Assembly: GCA_045576795.1 (NCBI GenBank) | Contig: JAZNHE010000113.1 | Location: 6,030-70,029 of the forward strand | Source of the DNA: Eubacteriales bacterium | Lineage (GTDB): Bacteria; Bacillota; Clostridia; Oscillospirales; CAG-272 | Reading direction: 5' to 3' | DNA: 64,000 nucleotides | Part shown: in pieces, positions 27,865 through 37,335 of the stretch | Numbering within the stretch: the stretch's first letter is position 1 | Layout: each line of letters starts with the position of its first letter | Position numbers and translations under genes: made by a program | The notes under the pieces: model-generated | Seen by the model: the letters and a program-made list of their open reading frames with translations, nothing else | Database searches by the model: none | What the model was told of the DNA's origin: nothing

Positions 27865-30800
27865 TCAGTCGTCGTAGCCGATTGTGCCGTCGATTTTCTC
27901 ACCGTTAAGGAGTGAGATATAATTCCTCACAATCTTCTTAAATGCAAACGTAGAGATATAGAAGTCCGTTACCTCGCCCTTAAACTCGGTTGAGGTTGTG
28001 CCGTCGCTGTAAACAGTGGTACGGTTCTTGGAAAGTGAAACCATCACACGTCTGTCATCTATACGGTAGAATTCGTACGTATATGAGTCGATATAGTTAT
28101 CTCTCTGAACTACCTCCACGGTCATCGTCATAACCTTGGGTGAGGTGAGCATCAGCTCCGCCTTCTCCTCATCGGAAAGATCTAGCACACCCTGGTAGCG
28201 TGTAAGCTGAACAACCTCGTATACACTGTTGAAGTACGCTGCGCCGAGAGTGTCCTTTGAGCCCGGGTAATACGTCATACCGTTGCCGTTACCCATTGTT
28301 TTGTTGTAGAGAGCGGCGAGACTGTACCATTCACTGTCGGCATCATCAGCCAGCTTTTTCAGCTCGGTCTCGTATGCATCCTCGGAGGCACGAACGTTAA
28401 CACGCTCCTCCGTGAACGCCATAGAGCCGTCAAACTCATAGTCGCTTATCTTATATTCGCCGTCAACGTATCCGCCGTAGACCTCCTTGAACACTACCTC
28501 GAAGTCATAAGAGCCTTTTATATCGGACATATTGAAGTCGAGCTCGATCTTGGCAAGCTTATCAATACTCATCATAAGGAGATTACGTCTTGCCCACAGA
28601 TCGACAAAGTCACTGTCAAGGAATTCAAAGTCTTTGGCGTCAACCACCGCAACGAGATCGTACATATCCGATCCGATATATCTTATTTTGTTGCCGTTCT
28701 CATCGATCTGCTCCTCACTGATGTAAAGAGTAAATCCGAGAGTTGAGAGCCAGCCAAAGTCACTGAGAGCATCGTTATCGTTCCCCTCAACGCCCTCACT
28801 CGCGTCAAATATTCCTCTTGGAAGCTCAAAATAAATCTTGTGAGCGTACAAGTGGTATTTATCCATATTTTCAACAGTGAGTCCGACCGCAACCGTAGTA
28901 CCCGAGAAGCCGACCGCACTATTACTGTCAGTACCGATACCGCCAAGCAGCTTTACAACTCCCTCGCACACGGAGGAGTTAAGTCCGTAGATGCTGTTGC
29001 CGTTGGTCAGAGTGTTCTCATAAAGAGATTCGCCGTAGTAGGGGTCTCTGAACGATGCATTGCAGAATTTGAAGGATACAACAGGCTCGCTTGTTACACA
29101 GTATTTTATCTCCGGAATCTCATATACCGTGAACTCTCTCACTATCTCGTAATAGTATGAGGTGTCAAATACCGTAGCCGTAGCAGGTCCCTTGCTCTTG
29201 CCGAGCAGGATTGTCTTAAGCGGTGCAAGCTTGCTCTCGTCGGTAATATCCGCTATGCATACGAGCGAGGTCTTCTCTTCACTCTTCACACCGTCAACCG
29301 TGTAGTAATAAGAAATGTTTACGTAGGAATCCTCGCTTACCGTAGCGACCGTGTTGCCATCCTTGTCAAAAATCGACACGACCCCGGTCAAAACATACTT
29401 TTCCTGAGATGAAAGCGCGTTTTCCTTGGTGTACTCAATATCGAGAGTTATCTCGTTTCCTTCACCGAGCTTGCCAACGGATTTGCCGATAAATTCAGCG
29501 CGGTCCGCATCCGACAGATCGGCAAGGGAGATCACTCCGTGTAAATCGTATTGCGTAGTCTCACCGTTGTGGGTGTATCTGTAGACCACCTTCACACTGT
29601 CGCTGTCGGTGACACTTCCCTCTTTGCTTTCGCCGTCGCTTGTGATGATGGACTCTATCTCACTTATAACGTAGCTGTACGATACGCTATCGGAGTTAGC
29701 AAAATCTACAAGCTTGTTCTCGGAGTCGTAAAGTGAGCTTATAAGAGTAATCAGAATTCTGTCATCGTGTATTCCGACGTGCTCTCCGACAAGCATATTC
29801 TTTATTCTGGCGTAATCAGCGTGACTTGCAAGCTTTGAGAGGTCAAACGAGGTCAAAACAGACGTTGCCTCCTTGTGATAGCCGTTAAAGTCCGCGCTGT
29901 CGGGTAGGTACGACGTGCCCTTATCAATCGATGAATATACGTCAGCGACAAATATAACCTCGGAGCCGTCTATAACCTTATCCGCATCCTCGGGATTTTT
30001 AATCTTGTCATTGTCATAGGCCTTATCGTATACCGTGTTGATCCAGCTCTTGAAGTCGGTCGTAAGGTAAGGACCGTAGGTGGACTCACCCTCAAGGCCC
30101 TCGGCAACAAGTCTGCCCTTGACAAATTCATTAAAGCCCGCCAGAGCGTAGCTGAAATACTCGCCTGACGTGTAGTAGACGCAATTTCTGCCGTCTACCA
30201 TAAAGTAGTATCCGTTACCGGAAACCGCCTTTTTTCCTATGAGGAGAACGTGGTAATCCTCCGTGCCCTCAATTATCTTTTTGGTGTTATTATCTCTTTG
30301 TCCGTACATAAAGGAAACGGATGTGTATTCATTGCCGGAGAAGCCGTACTCGCGCAAGAGCGCGTTTCTTCTCTCAATGTTGCTCTCCGTATCCTCGGGC
30401 GGAAGCGGTATACGCTCCGTAAAGTAAGGAGTTCCGATAGCGGTGCAAAGATAGGTAAGATAATATATCATACCGTATCCGTCACCCGTTTCAACCGCAT
30501 ACAGACTCTCGTAGTCAAAGTCGCCCTCTGCCGTATAAATGGGGGGCGTGTAAGGGATTACACCCTCTATACCGTTAACGTAGTAGTGGAACATAAAGCT
30601 TCCAAGATCGTCGGGGTATCTTGAAACACCGAATCTTCCGGTAGGATTATTCACTTCTATGGCGAGAATATCGCTCTCCTCAACAGAGGGATAAGCAACC
30701 GGCTGATTAAGGTATGAGCTCTCCCCTTCAAGCAGATCCAGAGAAGGTCTTGTAGATGGGGTTGAGCCTGAATTTTTGTTCTTTAATATTGCCGATACCG

Positions 30801-30891
30801 TAAAATACGCGGCACCGAGAATTATAGACACTACAAGAAGACAGATTGTGGTTATCTGTGCTTTACTGAGTTTTCTTTCTACTTTTTTCAC
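27865..30891 (-). CDS. 1008-aa N-terminally anchored extracytoplasmic protein at the distal end of the GldG-type ABC operon (DUF4340-like position)
   Basis: A single N-terminal TM helix (ITTICLLVVSIILGAAYFTVSAIL) and a beta-rich, Tyr/Asp/Ser-rich body. The start is 11 nt after the preceding GldG-like gene. Assignment to DUF4340 rests on synteny only. Confidence 0.55.
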   Translation of the reverse strand: MKKVERKLSKAQITTICLLVVSIILGAAYFTVSAILKNKNSGSTPSTRPSLDLLEGESSYLNQPVAYPSVEESDILAIEVNNPTGRFGVSRYPDDLGSFMFHYYVNGIEGVIPYTPPIYTAEGDFDYESLYAVETGDGYGMIYYLTYLCTAIGTPYFTERIPLPPEDTESNIERRNALLREYGFSGNEYTSVSFMYGQRDNNTKKIIEGTEDYHVLLIGKKAVSGNGYYFMVDGRNCVYYTSGEYFSYALAGFNEFVKGRLVAEGLEGESTYGPYLTTDFKSWINTVYDKAYDNDKIKNPEDADKVIDGSEVIFVADVYSSIDKGTSYLPDSADFNGYHKEATSVLTSFDLSKLASHADYARIKNMLVGEHVGIHDDRILITLISSLYDSENKLVDFANSDSVSYSYVISEIESIITSDGESKEGSVTDSDSVKVVYRYTHNGETTQYDLHGVISLADLSDADRAEFIGKSVGKLGEGNEITLDIEYTKENALSSQEKYVLTGVVSIFDKDGNTVATVSEDSYVNISYYYTVDGVKSEEKTSLVCIADITDESKLAPLKTILLGKSKGPATATVFDTSYYYEIVREFTVYEIPEIKYCVTSEPVVSFKFCNASFRDPYYGESLYENTLTNGNSIYGLNSSVCEGVVKLLGGIGTDSNSAVGFSGTTVAVGLTVENMDKYHLYAHKIYFELPRGIFDASEGVEGNDNDALSDFGWLSTLGFTLYISEEQIDENGNKIRYIGSDMYDLVAVVDAKDFEFLDSDFVDLWARRNLLMMSIDKLAKIELDFNMSDIKGSYDFEVVFKEVYGGYVDGEYKISDYEFDGSMAFTEERVNVRASEDAYETELKKLADDADSEWYSLAALYNKTMGNGNGMTYYPGSKDTLGAAYFNSVYEVVQLTRYQGVLDLSDEEKAELMLTSPKVMTMTVEVVQRDNYIDSYTYEFYRIDDRRVMVSLSKNRTTVYSDGTTSTEFKGEVTDFYISTFAFKKIVRNYISLLNGEKIDGTIGYDD

Positions 30892-30902
30892 ATCTGCCTC
30901 CT

Positions 30903-32579
30903 TTACAAGAATTTACGCTTAACGAATACAACTACACCAAGTGCAAGAATTGACACGGGTACAGCCATAACGATGATGGTGTACGCCGTTTTTGCACCGT
31001 TACCGAAGCCCTTGTTCGTCTTTACAACCTCGGTTGCATCTGACGAATAAATATCTGTCGGTGTGGTTGAGAGCGTTGTGCTGACCGTCTGCTTACCGCC
31101 GTAGGAGGGCGAGTTGAGTGAAAGGCCGCCGAGCTCTATCGTAGCATATCTGTCCGTTCTTGAAATATTGCTTATTACAGAAGCAAGAATGTTATAGTTT
31201 GCGTATGATGAGTTGCCGAGCATATCGTTTGAATAGAAGTCGGCACTGTTTGTGCAGAAAATGTATGAATTTGTTCTCTCCGACGTATATCCGTCAAGAT
31301 GCGCTCTTACGCTGGCGGCAATAAGAGTTCTCTCCTCATCTATACCGCTGATAATGGAATCTCCTGTATAAACCACCGCGCTGTCCGCGCTCTTCATAAA
31401 GTCGGCATAGTTACGTGTGCCGTACTTGTTGCCGTGCTCTACCATCTCCTCACCGCCGTCAAAGGCGCAATAGAGGTAACCCGTGTTGGAAAATACCATC
31501 TTAGGTGCGGAGGAGAGTCCCGAGTAGGAGTTGTAATACGCATAGCCGAAGCTCTGATCGTCGTTGTCATACATACCGACAAACGTAGAGCCGTCGGCAT
31601 CCCCCTCAATCTCGGCAAACAGACTGTTCTCACGGTCACGAACCAAGCCGTCGCCAAAGCCTATTCCCCACTCCTTAAGGAATTCCTCAAGGTTGGTGAG
31701 CCTTACGTCATACGCCTTATTTACAATGATTGCACCTGCGTTGTTAACAAGGTATCTGTCAAGCTTCTCCGTCTCGCTGACGTAACTGAAATCATCAAGT
31801 CTGTCGGGATCGTAGGTGAAATCCTCTGTGGGATTGTTGATAATCAAGAGCGCGCAGTCATCGGGAATTCTCTCGAGATTTTCATCGTTCAGGCTAAGAG
31901 TTTTTATCGTAAGTCCGCGCTCCATAAGCAGCTCCGCAAAATTAGCGGTGGCAAGGCTTTTATCCGAATCGGGATTCTCGGGATCGTAATACGTCTCGCC
32001 ATGGTCGGTAACAAAGTATGCGGCAGGCTGATTTATAGCTGTTATAGACGCCAGAATTGACGCCATTCTGTATTCTCCGTTGTAGGAGAAGTTGTCGCTT
32101 GTCCAGAAGGTAGCCGCATTTACCACGCGGTATTTTGCACCGTATGAAACTATCATATCGGTAGCGGAAATCGTATCCCTCGATGTAGTCTTATACATTG
32201 ACACGGCTGTGGGGTCAAGAGCTGCATTGACAGCTTCCACGGTTACGTTATCAAACATATTATCGAGCCTTAAAGCCATGAAATACGTTGCACGCATGGC
32301 GTCGGAGGCTATAAGATAATCGGGATCTGTGCAGAACGTTATTTTAATGTTTTTCACATTTCCGTTTTCATCAGGATCGAGTATTTCGTGGCACACAGCC
32401 TCCATCTTATCGCTGAGGGTGTAGAAGCCCTCGGGAGTAAGGTCTGTTACCAGCATATTCTTTGAGAAAACGTGCGAAATAAGAAGATTGAAGGCGAGAA
32501 GCACAACTATTCCGACTATCGTTATAGCCGAATACACCTTGGTGCGTGTGCTTTTACCTTTGAAAATTGATTTCTTCAT
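30903..32579 (-). CDS. GldG-like ABC-transporter auxiliary protein, copy 2
   Basis: 558 aa, bitopic, with N-terminal (ITIVGIVVLLAFNLLISHVF) and C-terminal (IIVMAVPVSILALGVVVFV) TM helices. Central motifs YFVTDHGE, ALLIINNPTEDF and LDRYLVNNAGAIIV are typical of the ABC_transp_aux/GldG family. Confidence 0.75.
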   Translation of the reverse strand: MKKSIFKGKSTRTKVYSAITIVGIVVLLAFNLLISHVFSKNMLVTDLTPEGFYTLSDKMEAVCHEILDPDENGNVKNIKITFCTDPDYLIASDAMRATYFMALRLDNMFDNVTVEAVNAALDPTAVSMYKTTSRDTISATDMIVSYGAKYRVVNAATFWTSDNFSYNGEYRMASILASITAINQPAAYFVTDHGETYYDPENPDSDKSLATANFAELLMERGLTIKTLSLNDENLERIPDDCALLIINNPTEDFTYDPDRLDDFSYVSETEKLDRYLVNNAGAIIVNKAYDVRLTNLEEFLKEWGIGFGDGLVRDRENSLFAEIEGDADGSTFVGMYDNDDQSFGYAYYNSYSGLSSAPKMVFSNTGYLYCAFDGGEEMVEHGNKYGTRNYADFMKSADSAVVYTGDSIISGIDEERTLIAASVRAHLDGYTSERTNSYIFCTNSADFYSNDMLGNSSYANYNILASVISNISRTDRYATIELGGLSLNSPSYGGKQTVSTTLSTTPTDIYSSDATEVVKTNKGFGNGAKTAYTIIVMAVPVSILALGVVVFVKRKFL

Positions 32580-32582
32580 AGG

Positions 32583-34115
32583 TTATCTGTTCTTTCTCCT
32601 TATGATTATTACTGTGCCGACAACCGCAAGAGTAACGGGAATTGCCATTATTATCGCAGTGTAAGCCTTTGCTCTGCCCATCGTGAAGTTCTCAAGCACC
32701 TGCGTGTCATAAATTACACTGTTGCAGCCGTAGGGAGCAGAGTTGGAATCAAACAGCACCTCAAGAGTTGCGTAAATAAAGTCTTTGTTGGAATATCCGT
32801 CGGAAATAAATGCGTCGGCAGCGGTGATGTATGCCGTGGGAATTACCACGACTGTGCTTTCCTTACCGTCATCGTGTACTCTTTCGGAATAAGCCGCCAC
32901 GCAGTATCCTCCCTCACTGTCCGTGACCTTACCGCCGGCATTGGTGGATGAGGTCGTGCCTGATAAGAGCAGAGGATTTGCACCGAGAGACTCGTCAAGC
33001 TCAAGCGCGGTAGCCTGGCTTATAAGCACACGGTCTGCGCTGAACGACGTAACCTTATTGAAAATCTCGTTTGACACATCGTTGTCTGCGTGTGTCGCAA
33101 CAAAGGTATAGCCGTCGGGAGTAATAGCGTTGGAATTCTCCTTAACTATATCCCTTATAAGCTGACCGTTCTCGTTGTATTCGCCGCTGAGTGATATTCC
33201 CCATTTTGCGAGAAGCTCCTCAAGGTTTTTCAGCTCCTTTACGTAGGTGTCGAGCGCAACGTAGAGCTTACCACCTCTTTCAAGGTAGTCCTCAAGCTTA
33301 TCTATTTCGCCTCTTACACCCGAGCCCTCCTTTGCCTTCTCAAAGTCACTCGTGGGGTTGGATATGATTATCATTCCCGCATCGGCAGGAATTTCATCTT
33401 TTCTTAAGTTGATTACGCCTACGTAGTATCCTGCGCAGTTAAGCAGGTTGGAAAACGCTACGTCTGCCGTCTCACCGTGATTCTGTGTAAAGTACACGGT
33501 AGGATGATTATCATTGAGCACCCAGGATATCATCGACGCCATTACCTCCTCGCCGTTGTAGGCGGAGATAGCCATTGAGCCGTCAAGCGTGTAAAAATCA
33601 ATGAATCCTGCGGAGGTTGCCGTATCCGTAAGCACACGGATGCTGCGATGCTCTCCCTCTCCGCACTCAAATATTACGGAGCTCTGGTTGATGGTGTATT
33701 TGCCACCGTCCTTATACTGTTCAAAATCGACGATATTTTTTTCCTCGTCAAGCTTGGTCAGCATATTTACGAATTTGAGCTCTATGAGCTCGGGATATCT
33801 CTTCTCAAACTCACGCGCCGTAGTAAGCACGAACTTACCCGTGTCGTGTGTTTCAAGAGTAGACTCGGGATAGCAGAAGGTTATCTTCACCTTCTTACCC
33901 ATAAGGATATGCTCCTCAAACAATGTGTCGGTATTACCCGATATTGAGAGGTCATCCTCTTTTGGTGAATATAGGTACAATCCGAAAGCAGACGTCAGGG
34001 TATAGGCAAGAATATTGAGAAATACCACCGCGACAATAATTATCACGGTCAGGGTGGTACCCATATCCCTCGGGTCTACGATCGATCGCCATAGACTTTT
34101 CAAAAACTTTTTCAT
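32583..34115 (-). CDS. GldG-like ABC-transporter auxiliary protein, copy 1
   Basis: 510 aa with the same bitopic topology. Motifs: VYFTQNHGE, GMIIISNPTSDF, LEDYLERGGKLYVALD. Confidence 0.75.
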   Translation of the reverse strand: MKKFLKSLWRSIVDPRDMGTTLTVIIIVAVVFLNILAYTLTSAFGLYLYSPKEDDLSISGNTDTLFEEHILMGKKVKITFCYPESTLETHDTGKFVLTTAREFEKRYPELIELKFVNMLTKLDEEKNIVDFEQYKDGGKYTINQSSVIFECGEGEHRSIRVLTDTATSAGFIDFYTLDGSMAISAYNGEEVMASMISWVLNDNHPTVYFTQNHGETADVAFSNLLNCAGYYVGVINLRKDEIPADAGMIIISNPTSDFEKAKEGSGVRGEIDKLEDYLERGGKLYVALDTYVKELKNLEELLAKWGISLSGEYNENGQLIRDIVKENSNAITPDGYTFVATHADNDVSNEIFNKVTSFSADRVLISQATALELDESLGANPLLLSGTTSSTNAGGKVTDSEGGYCVAAYSERVHDDGKESTVVVIPTAYITAADAFISDGYSNKDFIYATLEVLFDSNSAPYGCNSVIYDTQVLENFTMGRAKAYTAIIMAIPVTLAVVGTVIIIRRKNR

Positions 34116-34139
34116 ATTACCGTTACTTCCCGTCCTCGA

Positions 34140-34847
34140 TTATCCGAATCTGCGGCGGTCATAAACTCTGATAGTAAGCCAGAGGAATACTCCGCTCACA
34201 GAGAGATAATATATCACCGATGCAAATTCAAAGTATCCGTTGACAAAGCTCTGGAATCTCGTGAATATAGAAAGAGCGTCGAAAACGTATCTTATCCAAT
34301 ACTTGGTAGGCAGAAGCGCATTTATAAGGCCAATGCCGAGGAAGCCGAGAATTATAGCTATCGTACCTATTGCCGCAGAGAGCTGGTTCTCCGTGAGCGC
34401 AGATACGAAAAGTCCTATCGAGATAAATACCATTCCTACGAGCAGGAGTGCGATAAGATTGCCGAAAAGCACCGCAAACTGAAGCTGTGTGTAAGGAATG
34501 AGGAAGAGGAAATAGAGTGAGGTAAGCGCGGTAGCTGCCGCGAATACCGTGTAGGATGCGAGGAACTTGCCGAACACCATAGCCGGAAGCGAAATGGGCG
34601 CGGTAAGAATGAGCTGCTCCGTCTTTGTCTTTCTCTCCTCGCTGAACGACTTCATCGTAAGCAGAGGAAGTGCTATCGCGGAGAATATGAGCATAAGAGT
34701 GAAGTAGTTTGTAACGTCACTCGACATTGAGAACATCGTCGTATAGCTGAACAGTATTCCTGCAATGGCAAGGTAGATCACGAGGAATACGTATCCTATA
34801 ACTCCCGTGAAATAGCTGCGCAGCTCTCTTTTATAAATTGCTAACAT
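34140..34847 (-). CDS. ABC-2 type permease (GldF-like)
   Basis: 235 aa with about 6 TM helices. It begins MLAIYKRELRSYFTGVIGYVF, which is typical of ABC-2 family permeases, and sits directly downstream of the ATPase. Confidence 0.85.
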   Translation of the reverse strand: MLAIYKRELRSYFTGVIGYVFLVIYLAIAGILFSYTTMFSMSSDVTNYFTLMLIFSAIALPLLTMKSFSEERKTKTEQLILTAPISLPAMVFGKFLASYTVFAAATALTSLYFLFLIPYTQLQFAVLFGNLIALLLVGMVFISIGLFVSALTENQLSAAIGTIAIILGFLGIGLINALLPTKYWIRYVFDALSIFTRFQSFVNGYFEFASVIYYLSVSGVFLWLTIRVYDRRRFG

Positions 34848-34859
34848 TTCATACCCTCC

Positions 34860-35828
34860 TTAACGTCTTTGCTTTCTGCTCTCGCCCGTTATTCCGTCGG
34901 AGCGGTCTACAAGTCGTATAAATACTGTTTCAAGGTCGGTGCCGTGAGGCTCCATTCCCAACATTACCCATGAACGTGAAACGCAGAGGTTGAAGAGTGG
35001 CTTTCTTATATCCACGCCCTTTTCACTCTCTACGATATAAGTAAACGCATCGAGGTCGCGCTCGCCCGTAGCGTCAACGCTCTTGACACCGTTAAGTCTG
35101 TTTATAGCTGACTCCACATCTCTTGCAGGGCCGCATATTTTAACACGGTATCTGTATCCGTCCTCAATCGTCTTTACAACCTCGTCGGTCAGCTCGTCCG
35201 CGATTATCTTACCCTTGTTAATAATGATAACTCTCTCGCATACTGCCTGTACCTCGGCAAGAATGTGAGTGGAGAGCACTACCGTGTGACGGCGTGCGAG
35301 GGTACGGAGCAGGTTTCTCACAGCGATAATCTGCTTGGGGTCAAGGCCTACCGTGGGCTCGTCGAAAATCAGCACCTTGGGGTCGCCTATGAGTGCCTGG
35401 GCTATGCCGACTCTCTGCTTGTTACCCTTTGACAGATTGCGGATGAGTCTGTCCTTTACCTCATTTATCTTGGTAACCGATATTATCTCGGCAAGATGAG
35501 CCTCTCTGTCAAGCTGACAGCCCTTGAGGTCGTATACGAAATTAAGGTACTCCTTAACCGTCATCTCGGGATATAACGGAGGCTGCTCGGGTAGGAAGCC
35601 TATATCCTTTTTCGCTTTTATCGGGTCGTCTATAATGTTGACTCCGTTTATATACACCTCACCCGAGGTTGAGGAAAGGTATCCTGTGAGGATGTTCATA
35701 GCCGTACTCTTACCCGCACCGTTTGGGCCGAGAAGACCTACTATTTCTCCCTCTCCTATCTCAAAGCTTACGTCGTTAAGAGCAAAGTTTGAGCCGTATC
35801 GCTTAACCAAGTTTTTGACCTTTATCAT
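34860..35828 (-). CDS. ABC transporter ATP-binding protein (GldA-like)
   Basis: 322 aa with Walker A GPNGAGKST, the signature LSKGNKQRVGIA, Walker B VLIFDEPTVGLD and the H-loop STHIL. Confidence 0.93.
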   Translation of the reverse strand: MIKVKNLVKRYGSNFALNDVSFEIGEGEIVGLLGPNGAGKSTAMNILTGYLSSTSGEVYINGVNIIDDPIKAKKDIGFLPEQPPLYPEMTVKEYLNFVYDLKGCQLDREAHLAEIISVTKINEVKDRLIRNLSKGNKQRVGIAQALIGDPKVLIFDEPTVGLDPKQIIAVRNLLRTLARRHTVVLSTHILAEVQAVCERVIIINKGKIIADELTDEVVKTIEDGYRYRVKICGPARDVESAINRLNGVKSVDATGERDLDAFTYIVESEKGVDIRKPLFNLCVSRSWVMLGMEPHGTDLETVFIRLVDRSDGITGESRKQRR

Positions 35829-36106
35829 AAATGCATCTCATCGGTATCTGCCGATGTCCTTTCGGTTATATACATATTTTTAACATATTAACACGTCGCG
35901 CACACATATCACGACGATTTTATATTATAGCACATAATTGTAAATAAATTATTAACAAAATAGATATTTTCAAATAAAAATAATGGATATTCTGTAAAAA
36001 ACTACACATCGCGACATATCTTGTACAAAAAGCCGCACAAAAAATGAAAAAATAGCAAAAAAGGCAAAAAACGGAAGTATAAAGAGTGGAATATTCCCTC
36101 TCTTGC

Positions 36107-36135
36107 TTGACAAAACGTTTTTTCGGTTGTATAAT
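36107..36135 (+). promoter_or_regulatory. Consensus sigma-A promoter for trpS
   Basis: TTGACA (36107-36112), a 17-nt spacer, then TATAAT (36130-36135). The leader is only about 35 nt. Confidence 0.75.
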
Positions 36136-36176
36136 CATTGTATTAAAGCTTGACCTACCCGAAAGGAGATAAAAAA

Positions 36177-37178
36177 ATGGCAGAAAACGAAAAGAAAATA
36201 GTTTTTTCGGGCGTTCAGCCGTCAGGTAACCTAACTCTCGGCAACTATCTCGGTGCGATAAAGAACTTCTCGCGCTTTTCCGAGGAATACAAGACCTTCT
36301 ATTCCGTGGTTGACCTCCACGCTATCACGGTAAGACAGGTTCCTGCCGAATTAAGAAAGAGAACCTATGAAACCCTCGCGCTCTATATGGCGTGCGGCCT
36401 TGATTATACCAAAAACACACTGTTTGTACAGTCACACGTTCCGCAGCACGCGGAGCTCGGATGGATTCTTGACTGCTACACTATGTTCGGCGAGCTGTCA
36501 AGAATGACACAGTTCAAGGACAAGAGCGCAAAGAACGCGCAGAACATCAATGCAGGTCTGTTTACCTACCCTGCTCTTATGGCGGCAGATATACTTCTCT
36601 ATCAGACCGACGTTGTTCCCGTAGGTGTTGACCAGAAGCAGCACCTCGAGCTTGCACGTGACGTAGCTATGAGATTTAACCAGATATATTCCGACACCTT
36701 TAAGATTCCCGAGGGATACATCTCAAAGGACACTATGAAGATAATGTCACTGACAGAGCCCACGGCAAAAATGTCGAAATCCGACCCTAACCCCGCTGCC
36801 GTGGTGTATATTCTCGACAGCAAGGACGACATTATGAGAAAATTCAAGAAGGCTGTCACCGACTCCGATGCAGAGGTACGCTACGACGTAGAGAACAAGC
36901 CGGGCGTGTCAAATCTTATGACTATTTACCGCGCCTTCACCGGTAAGGAATTCTCCGAGATAGAGAACGAATTCAAGGGACGGGGCTACGGCGACTTCAA
37001 GAGTGCGGTAGGCGAGGTCTGTGCCGACGGTCTGTCCGGCGTAAGAGATGAATTCTCACGTCTTATAGCAGACAAGGCTCATCTCGAGGAGGTAATGAAG
37101 ATAGGCGCGCAGGATGCATACGGTTATGCCCGTCGCACTATGTCCAAGGTAAGACGTAAGATAGGCTTTGTAAACTGA
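36177..37178 (+). CDS. trpS: Tryptophan--tRNA ligase
   Basis: Class I motifs: GVQPSGNLTLGNYLG (HIGH-like) and KMSKS (AKMSKSD). The ATG at 36177, with RBS aaaggag, is preferred over the upstream TTG in the ORF track. Confidence 0.93.
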   Translation: MAENEKKIVFSGVQPSGNLTLGNYLGAIKNFSRFSEEYKTFYSVVDLHAITVRQVPAELRKRTYETLALYMACGLDYTKNTLFVQSHVPQHAELGWILDCYTMFGELSRMTQFKDKSAKNAQNINAGLFTYPALMAADILLYQTDVVPVGVDQKQHLELARDVAMRFNQIYSDTFKIPEGYISKDTMKIMSLTEPTAKMSKSDPNPAAVVYILDSKDDIMRKFKKAVTDSDAEVRYDVENKPGVSNLMTIYRAFTGKEFSEIENEFKGRGYGDFKSAVGEVCADGLSGVRDEFSRLIADKAHLEEVMKIGAQDAYGYARRTMSKVRRKIGFVN

Positions 37179-37255
37179 TAGCCCGATAAAAGGGCGTAGC
37201 TACAAACCAAAATAAATCGGCAAGCAACAAAAACACAAGCCCGATAAATGTCAAA

Positions 37256-37299
37256 ATAAAAGAGAGCCCGGCGGCAATTCTCCGCTGAGCTCTTTTTTT
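37256..37299. terminator. Bidirectional terminator between trpS and the MBL-fold gene
   Basis: An 11-bp stem gagcccggcgg / ccgctgagctc (one mismatch, one G-U) flanked by an A-run upstream and a 7-nt T-run downstream. Confidence 0.75.
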
Positions 37300-37335
37300 G
37301 CTTTTATGCTTGGATTTTTTTCTGATTTTCTGCCG

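Noticed and set aside
35920-36138. A 72-aa minus-strand ORF between the ABC operon and trpS.
   Set aside because: It is an AT-rich, low-complexity translation (Phe/Ile/Tyr/Cys) that overlaps the trpS consensus promoter and has no RBS.
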